In this document: in pieces, positions 58,304 through 64,000 of the stretch | Position numbering within the stretch: the first letter of the stretch is position 1 | How the letters are laid out: every line of letters starts with the position of its first letter | Assembly: GCA_964291405.2 (NCBI GenBank) | Contig: OZ219926.1 | Coordinates: forward strand, 1,184,001-1,248,000 | Length of the DNA: 64,000 nt | DNA from: Thermodesulfobacteriota bacterium | GTDB taxonomy: Bacteria; Desulfobacterota; Binatia; Bin18 | Direction: 5' to 3' | Made by a program: the position numbers and the translations under genes | Notes under the pieces: generated by a model | What the model was told of the DNA's origin: nothing | What the model saw: the letters and a program-made list of their open reading frames with translations, nothing else | Database searches by the model: none

Positions 58304-59530
58304 ATGCGTATGGACAACGGAATTCTATCAGGACTGCGTGTGATTGACTGCGGGACCTATGTTGCCGGGCCGGCCTCGACGACCATCATGTCGGATTTCG
58401 GTGCCGAGGTATTGAAGATCGAGCGCCCGCAGGGCGGAGACCTCTATCGCTCCATGTCGGATTTACCGGGATTTGCCAAGGCAGACCTCAACTGGGGCTG
58501 GATTCTGACCAGTCGGAATAAGAAGAGCGTCGCTCTCGACCTGGCTTCACCCCAGGGCAGAGAAGTGCTCATTCGGCTGATCAAGACCGCGGACGTGTTT
58601 GTCTCCAACTACCAGCATCCGCTGCTCGAAAAGTTCCGGCTGACCTGGAAAGACCTTCAGCCGGAAAACGATCGGCTCATCTATGCCCATCTGAGCGGCT
58701 ACGGAGATGAAGGCGAAGATGCCGACGCGCCCACGTATGACGCGCTGGCCTATTGGGCGCGCTCGGGCCTGATGATGAGCGTTGTGGGCATGGACGGCAC
58801 ACCGGGCGGCCCGCGTCCGGGCATGGGCGACCACCCGACCTCGGTATCCCTGTTTAGCGCGATTATGCTCGGCCTGTATCAGCGCGAACGTACCGGACGG
58901 GGATTGAAAGTCGGGACTTCGTTACTGGCTAGCGGGGCCTGGGCCAACGCCTGCGACCTCCAGGCAAAATTCTGTAACGCCACCTTTCCGGAACGCGACG
59001 AAGACGGCACACCGCCAAACCCGTTAGCCGCCGGCTATCGGAGTCGTGACGGCAAAGCCTTCCTGGCCATCCTGCTCGACCCCGACAAGGAACTCCCCAA
59101 TCTGTGCAAGGCCCTCGGCCAGGCCGAACTGGCTACCAACCCGCTGTTTGCCACCAACGAGGCCAGGGCGGAGAACGCGGCGGCCCTCTTTGCCATTTTA
59201 CAGGGCCAGTTTGAAACGCGGGACCTCGATGAGTGGCGAGTGCTGTTCAAGCAGGCCGACATCAAATGGGCGCCTCTACCCGTGCGGGACGAAGTGGTCG
59301 AAGACCCCCAGATGCGGGCCGCCGGCGCATTCGTGGACATGGAGTACCCTGGGCACGGCAAGCTGACGACCGTCAACAGCCCCATTTTCACGACTGACGG
59401 TGAAAAGCGAACGCCAACCCCGGCCCCGCAGTTGGGCGACCATACCAGCGAAATCCTGCGCGACCTAGGGTATGACGAAGCGGCCATAGCCGCGCTGGTA
59501 CGTGACGGCATAGCGGCAGTGGGCGGGTGA
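58304..59530 (+). CDS. CaiB/BaiF CoA-transferase
   Basis: FGAEVLKIE, RNKKS, catalytic Asp in MGDH, APQLGDHT. Confidence 0.92.
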   Translation: MRMDNGILSGLRVIDCGTYVAGPASTTIMSDFGAEVLKIERPQGGDLYRSMSDLPGFAKADLNWGWILTSRNKKSVALDLASPQGREVLIRLIKTADVFVSNYQHPLLEKFRLTWKDLQPENDRLIYAHLSGYGDEGEDADAPTYDALAYWARSGLMMSVVGMDGTPGGPRPGMGDHPTSVSLFSAIMLGLYQRERTGRGLKVGTSLLASGAWANACDLQAKFCNATFPERDEDGTPPNPLAAGYRSRDGKAFLAILLDPDKELPNLCKALGQAELATNPLFATNEARAENAAALFAILQGQFETRDLDEWRVLFKQADIKWAPLPVRDEVVEDPQMRAAGAFVDMEYPGHGKLTTVNSPIFTTDGEKRTPTPAPQLGDHTSEILRDLGYDEAAIAALVRDGIAAVGG

Positions 59531-59544
59531 CTTCGGCCGGTAGC

Positions 59545-59577
59545 TGTCGGATTACGCCTGTGGCTCATCCGGCCTAC
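59545..59577. repeat. single GTAG-type REP
   Basis: TGTCGGATTACGCCTGTGGCTCATCCGGCCTAC, similar to 38683-38715. Confidence 0.75.
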
Positions 59578-59597
59578 GGGACTGGGGGGGAGGAATC

Positions 59598-59864
59598 GTG
59601 CAATACGTCTATCCATGCGACCTCACCCCTGATGTCGAAGAGGGCGAAGGATACGTCGTGACCTTCCCGGACGTTCCCGAGGCCATCACCGGCGCACGAA
59701 CCAAAGAGGAGTCTCTTATTCTGGCCGAGGATGCCCTAGCTGTCGCGCTCGGCGCATACGTCGAGAACCGTGAAGACATTCCAATCCCAAGCACGGCCGT
59801 AGACGGCCAAGTTTTGGTCGCCCTCCCATCCATCGTTGCCGCCAATTCTCCGGTCAGTCGGTAA
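59598..59864 (+). pseudogene. hicB: HicB-family antitoxin, probably C-terminally truncated; no hicA
   Basis: YVVTFPDVPEAITG...AEDAL...IPIPS; ends at IVAA where the HTH normally begins. Confidence 0.7.
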
Positions 59865-59884
59865 GCCGCAGGCGGACAACGTCA

Positions 59885-62800
59885 ATGCCTGGAACGAACA
59901 CAAAACTGACAACCGCAGTCGAAGACTACCTGACCGACCTCCGCCGGATACGGGCCTCGGGCGGGGCGACCGGCGAGCGGTCGTACTATCCGGCGCTGTC
60001 CGCCCTGCTCAACGCCGTGGGTACAACCCTGAAACCCAAGACGTTCTGCGTGGCCGAACTCGCAGCCCAAGGGGCGGGCCATCCCGACTTCGGGCTCTAC
60101 ACGGCCAAGCAAGTGCAGAAAGGCCAGCCGAAAGAAGGCCAAGTCCCGGAACGCGGTGTGGTCGAAGTAAAATCCGCCAGTGATAATGCCTGGCTGACCT
60201 CAGAGTCGGCCCAAGTCAGCCGCTATTGGGACCGCTACCGTCTCGTGCTGGTCACGAACACGCGCGACTTCGTCCTGTTGGGTGAAGACCCTGCCGGACA
60301 GCCGGCCACGCTCGAAACCTTTCGGCTGGCTGACAATGCCGAAGACTTCGCTCGGCGTCTGGAGCACTCCCGCACCTTTGCCCGCGATATCGGCGCTGGG
60401 CTCGGAGAATATCTCTGCCGCGCCCTGTCCCACCGGGCCGCCCTGACCGAGCCCAAAGACTTGGCATGGTTGCTGGCCTCGTATGCCCGTGACGCCTTAG
60501 CCCGGATTGCGACTGCCGACGACGCCCCACAACTCACCGCCCTGCGTACAGCCCTGGAGGAAGCGCTCGGAGTCCAATTCAAGGGCGACAAGGGCACGCG
60601 CTTTTTCTATTCAACTCTCGTCCAGACCTTATTCTACGGCGTCTTCTCCGCCTGGGTGTTGTGGGCGCGGCAAGTCCCGTCGCCACGGGGCACGTTCAAC
60701 TGGCATGAAGCCGTCTGGCATCTCCGCGCACCAGTACTACGCGCCTTGTTCCAACAGATTTCCGACCCCGGGCGTCTACAACCACTCGGTCTGGTCGAAG
60801 TCCTGGACTGGACCGCGGCGGCCCTCAACCGCGTGGACCGCGTGGCCTTCTTCGCCCGTTTCAACGAGGGCGAAGCCGTGCCCTATTTCTACGAACCCTT
60901 CCTCGAAGCCTTTGACCCCGACCTGCGCAAACAACTCGGCGTCTGGTACACCCCCGCCGAAGTCGTCCGCTACATGGTCGCCCGCGTGGATAAGGCGTTG
61001 AAGGATGACCTGAACATCCCGGACGGGTTGGCTGCGGACAATGTTTACGTCCTGGACCCGTGTTGCGGTACCGGGGCGTATCTGGCCGAAGTGTTACGCC
61101 GGATTGCTGAGAACCTTACCGGCAAAGGCATGGGCGCGCTCGCTGGCGCGCGGGTCAAACAGGCGGCCATCAACCGGGTGTTCGGCTTCGAGATCATGCC
61201 TGCCCCGTTTGTGGTGGCCCACCTGCAAGTCGGCCTGACCATGCAGGACTTGGACGCCCCCCTGGCGGACGACGGCAATGAGCGCCCCGGTGTCTTCCTC
61301 ACCAACGCCCTGACCGGCTGGGAGCCCCACACCACCAAACCCCTCCCCTTCCCCGAACTCGAAGAAGAACGCGACCGGGCCGAGCGGGTCAAGCAGAACA
61401 CCCCGATTCTGGTGATTCTGGGTAACCCGCCCTACAACGGCTTTGCCGGCATGGCCGTAGACGAAGAGCGGGTATTGTCGGAAGCCTACCGCGTGACCAA
61501 GCGGGTACGGCGGCCTGAAGGCCAGGGGTTGAACGATCTGTACGTGCGTTTCTTCCGTATGGCGGAACGCCGGATTGCCGAGAAGACCGGGCAAGGGGTG
61601 GTGTGTTTCATCTCCAACTATTCGTGGTTGGATGGGTTGTCGTTTACCGGGATGAGAGAGCGGTATCTGGAAGTGTTTAACGCCATTCGGATTGATTGTC
61701 TCAACGGCGATAAATACAAGACCGGCAAGGTTGCACCGGACGGGACACCCGACCCGAGTATTTTTTCCACGCCCAGTGACCCGGTAGGGATACAGGTGGG
61801 GACGGCTATTGCGACGCTGGTACGCAAGGCCAACCATGCCCCGGCTGAAACTATTGGCTTTCGGCATCTGTGGGGGCAGACGAAACGGGAGGAACTGTTA
61901 GAGACAGCGGAGGCAGAGCCAGCGACGCTCTACGACGCTATCGAGCCCGTACTGCCGCTGGGGTTGCCATTGGTCCGAACGGCGGTCAGTAAGGACTATT
62001 TCGACTGGCCAGCGCTGCCTGAACTGTTCCCAGCCTCATTTCCTGGAGTGCAGACTGGTCGTGATACGTTTCTCGTTGATATCGATCTTGACCGGCTCAA
62101 GGAGCGTGTCAACGATTACTTCAATACATCGTTGTGGCATGAAGAGATCGCGCGGCGCTATCCGCGTGTGATGACGGACACGGCACGGTTCGATGCACGG
62201 AGAGTGCGCGACACGCTGCTCACGCGTGGCGGTCCAGACGAGGCTGGCTTCGTCCGCTACGCCTATCGACCGTTCGATAATCGGTGGCTGTATTGGGAAG
62301 CAGAAACGAAGCTGCTACGCGAGAAAAGTCCCCGCTACCCGCGGCAAGTGTTCGAGGGGAATAAGTTTATTGAAGCACGCGAGCGGGAAACCAAAGAAGA
62401 CTTTTCACGGGGAACTCTGGTTCGAGGCTTGGCTGATAATTTTGGCAATGGGTTTTCGAGCTTCTTCCCTATGTGGCTCTACGACGACGGGATCAGAAGC
62501 AACGGCGACAGCACACGCCGCGTCAATCTTTCGGGAAAGGCCCAACGATGGCTCAATCATCTTGGCATGGGCGTGGAGGACTTGTTCCATCATATCTTAG
62601 CCGTCCTGCACGACCCCAATTACCGTGAAGCCAACGCCGACGCTCTGCGCATGGACTGGCCGCGTATCCCACTCCCCGGCTGGCCCCTTCCTGGGAGCGC
62701 GGGCATCTTGCCCGCCTCCGACGCAACGAATGCACTCGCCCAATCCGTAGCGCGTGGACGTGAGCTCGCCGCCCTGCTTGACCCGGATACGCCCGTGCCC

Positions 62801-63229
62801 GGCGTGACAACCGGAACCCTCCGCCCGAAGGTCGCTGCTATTGCCGTACCCGCTACGGTGGACGGACGGAACATGATCGGAGACGATTTCGCACTGACCG
62901 CTGGGTGGGGACACTACGGCACGGGTGATGCCGTTATGCCCGGCCAAGGGCGGGTGGTCGAACGCGATTACACGGCGGACGAACGCACTGCTTTGGGGGA
63001 TGCTCCCGGCGTGCTTGGTCAGACCACGTTCGACATTTACCTGAACGGCAACGCCTACTGGCGCAATGTTCCGGCTGCTGTCTGGCGCTACAAGCTGGGC
63101 GGCTATCAGGTGCTCAAGAAATGGTTGTCATATCGGGAACGGGCCGTGCTGGGGCGGGCGCTGTTGCCGGAGGAGGTGTGGTATTTTGCGGAGGTGGCGC
63201 GGCGGATTGGGGCGATATTGGATCGATAA
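59885..63229 (+). CDS. single-chain restriction-modification enzyme (PD-(D/E)xK + N6-MTase + type ISP-like specificity domain; no helicase)
   Basis: HPDFG...VEVK...QVSRY; GVWYTP, DPCCGTG, GNPPY; YAYRPFD and YKLGGYQVLKKWLSYR. Confidence 0.88.
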   Translation: MPGTNTKLTTAVEDYLTDLRRIRASGGATGERSYYPALSALLNAVGTTLKPKTFCVAELAAQGAGHPDFGLYTAKQVQKGQPKEGQVPERGVVEVKSASDNAWLTSESAQVSRYWDRYRLVLVTNTRDFVLLGEDPAGQPATLETFRLADNAEDFARRLEHSRTFARDIGAGLGEYLCRALSHRAALTEPKDLAWLLASYARDALARIATADDAPQLTALRTALEEALGVQFKGDKGTRFFYSTLVQTLFYGVFSAWVLWARQVPSPRGTFNWHEAVWHLRAPVLRALFQQISDPGRLQPLGLVEVLDWTAAALNRVDRVAFFARFNEGEAVPYFYEPFLEAFDPDLRKQLGVWYTPAEVVRYMVARVDKALKDDLNIPDGLAADNVYVLDPCCGTGAYLAEVLRRIAENLTGKGMGALAGARVKQAAINRVFGFEIMPAPFVVAHLQVGLTMQDLDAPLADDGNERPGVFLTNALTGWEPHTTKPLPFPELEEERDRAERVKQNTPILVILGNPPYNGFAGMAVDEERVLSEAYRVTKRVRRPEGQGLNDLYVRFFRMAERRIAEKTGQGVVCFISNYSWLDGLSFTGMRERYLEVFNAIRIDCLNGDKYKTGKVAPDGTPDPSIFSTPSDPVGIQVGTAIATLVRKANHAPAETIGFRHLWGQTKREELLETAEAEPATLYDAIEPVLPLGLPLVRTAVSKDYFDWPALPELFPASFPGVQTGRDTFLVDIDLDRLKERVNDYFNTSLWHEEIARRYPRVMTDTARFDARRVRDTLLTRGGPDEAGFVRYAYRPFDNRWLYWEAETKLLREKSPRYPRQVFEGNKFIEARERETKEDFSRGTLVRGLADNFGNGFSSFFPMWLYDDGIRSNGDSTRRVNLSGKAQRWLNHLGMGVEDLFHHILAVLHDPNYREANADALRMDWPRIPLPGWPLPGSAGILPASDATNALAQSVARGRELAALLDPDTPVPGVTTGTLRPKVAAIAVPATVDGRNMIGDDFALTAGWGHYGTGDAVMPGQGRVVERDYTADERTALGDAPGVLGQTTFDIYLNGNAYWRNVPAAVWRYKLGGYQVLKKWLSYRERAVLGRALLPEEVWYFAEVARRIGAILDR
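62694..62719. repeat. REP-like hairpin embedded in frame in the RM gene
   Basis: GGAG-C-GCGGGCA-TCT-TGCCCGC-CTCC, translated as GSAGILPAS. Confidence 0.55.
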
Positions 63230-63247
63230 CAAGCTATATCGTTCTTA

Positions 63248-64000
63248 TTAACGAAACGACTCGGGTCTTACGATCTCGCACATAAAGCGAATAGCGTCTT
63301 CGACGCGAGTTTTTATCGAGGCCAATTGCTGTGGCGAGAATATTCCGGCAGGACCATGCGCGCCAGAATTTAGTTCTTTGAAGAGGATAACGACGTTATC
63401 AATGTTAGCGTTAATGAAGTCTTCAAGTTCGTTATTTGCACTATCGTTTCGATCAAGGCAGTAATGGATTTTGGCGCGGCGGGTGGGAGTCCCTTTATCT
63501 GTGGTTTGGCAGTTAGGAAAGCGAGCAAAAACATCGTCATCTGGTGCCTTGGTATCAAGAATCTCCGTAATGATCTCTCGGGTACTGATACAAAAATGGC
63601 GGGCAGCATCGGGATTCTCAGGATTGAGTGCGTAGATAGCACCATGCCAGCGGCGGTCCAAATCCGGGGAGATGTGTGCTAACCCATCGGCGATCAGAGT
63701 GTTCTTGAGATCATCATCAGAAACTTGGGAATCAGCAGTATCGTCTAGGAGGTCGTTGAGGACGGTTACGCCGTTGGTCGCTTCCTGTTCGGCAAGATCC
63801 GAAAGGAAGGGGTTGGCTCCAGCAGTGTCCAACCGCTTGTACGCAGTGGAGAGTGTGGATACTGATTTGGAGAGCGCGGTATAGCGGACGGTGTTGGTCT
63901 GCTGAGCGAAGCGTTGTAGTGCAGATTGTAGGCGGGTTCGGTTAGCTCGTACGCGTGCATTGTGGGTGCGTACATCCCGGTTGTAAGCGTCAATCGCCTG
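63248..64000 (-). CDS. predicted pPIWI-associating-nuclease-like protein (5' end outside window)
   Basis: Frame is open to the window edge (QAIDAYNRDVRTHNARVR...); NPDAARHFCISTRE, PTRRAKIHY, ELNSGAH motifs; AT-richer. Confidence 0.6.
   Translation of the reverse strand, partial: QAIDAYNRDVRTHNARVRANRTRLQSALQRFAQQTNTVRYTALSKSVSTLSTAYKRLDTAGANPFLSDLAEQEATNGVTVLNDLLDDTADSQVSDDDLKNTLIADGLAHISPDLDRRWHGAIYALNPENPDAARHFCISTREIITEILDTKAPDDDVFARFPNCQTTDKGTPTRRAKIHYCLDRNDSANNELEDFINANIDNVVILFKELNSGAHGPAGIFSPQQLASIKTRVEDAIRFMCEIVRPESFR

Overview
GC-rich bacterial DNA packed with about 55 catabolic/redox genes: 4 intact Rieske oxygenase alpha subunits plus 1 remnant, 5 luciferase-like monooxygenases (LLMs), 4 CaiB/BaiF CoA-transferases, 4 amidohydrolases, 2 amidases each with a tiny partner gene, 2 NicX/aminopeptidase-fold proteins, a BVMO, an HpaB-family and a DszC/SfnB-like monooxygenase, and a molybdopterin oxidoreductase. 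No recognisable DNA-binding regulator, transporter or oxygenase reductase is present. The paralog profile suggests a Binatia/Tectomicrobia-like organism (inference only). There are two defence-type inserts. One is an AT-richer DUF433 / TcmP-like / DUF5131 / MNT-HEPN block sitting inside a tandemly duplicated locus framework (2.9-9.5 kb). The other, at the right end, is a HicB stub, a single-chain RM enzyme and a pPIWI-associated-nuclease-like gene. Main highlights: (1) an AhpD/CMD gene with an in-frame CxxU TGA and a SECIS-like hairpin (probable selenoprotein); (2) a Rieske-A/NicX-like >< small-protein/Rieske-B module present twice in mirror orientation (candidate uncharacterised N-heterocycle degradation system); (3) an HpaB-like gene whose 3' end is interrupted by an inverted amidohydrolase fragment; (4) CTAG-ended MITE-like shells carrying different REP hairpins. 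No rRNA, tRNA or CRISPR array was seen. All family calls are from motif recognition by eye, not database searches.
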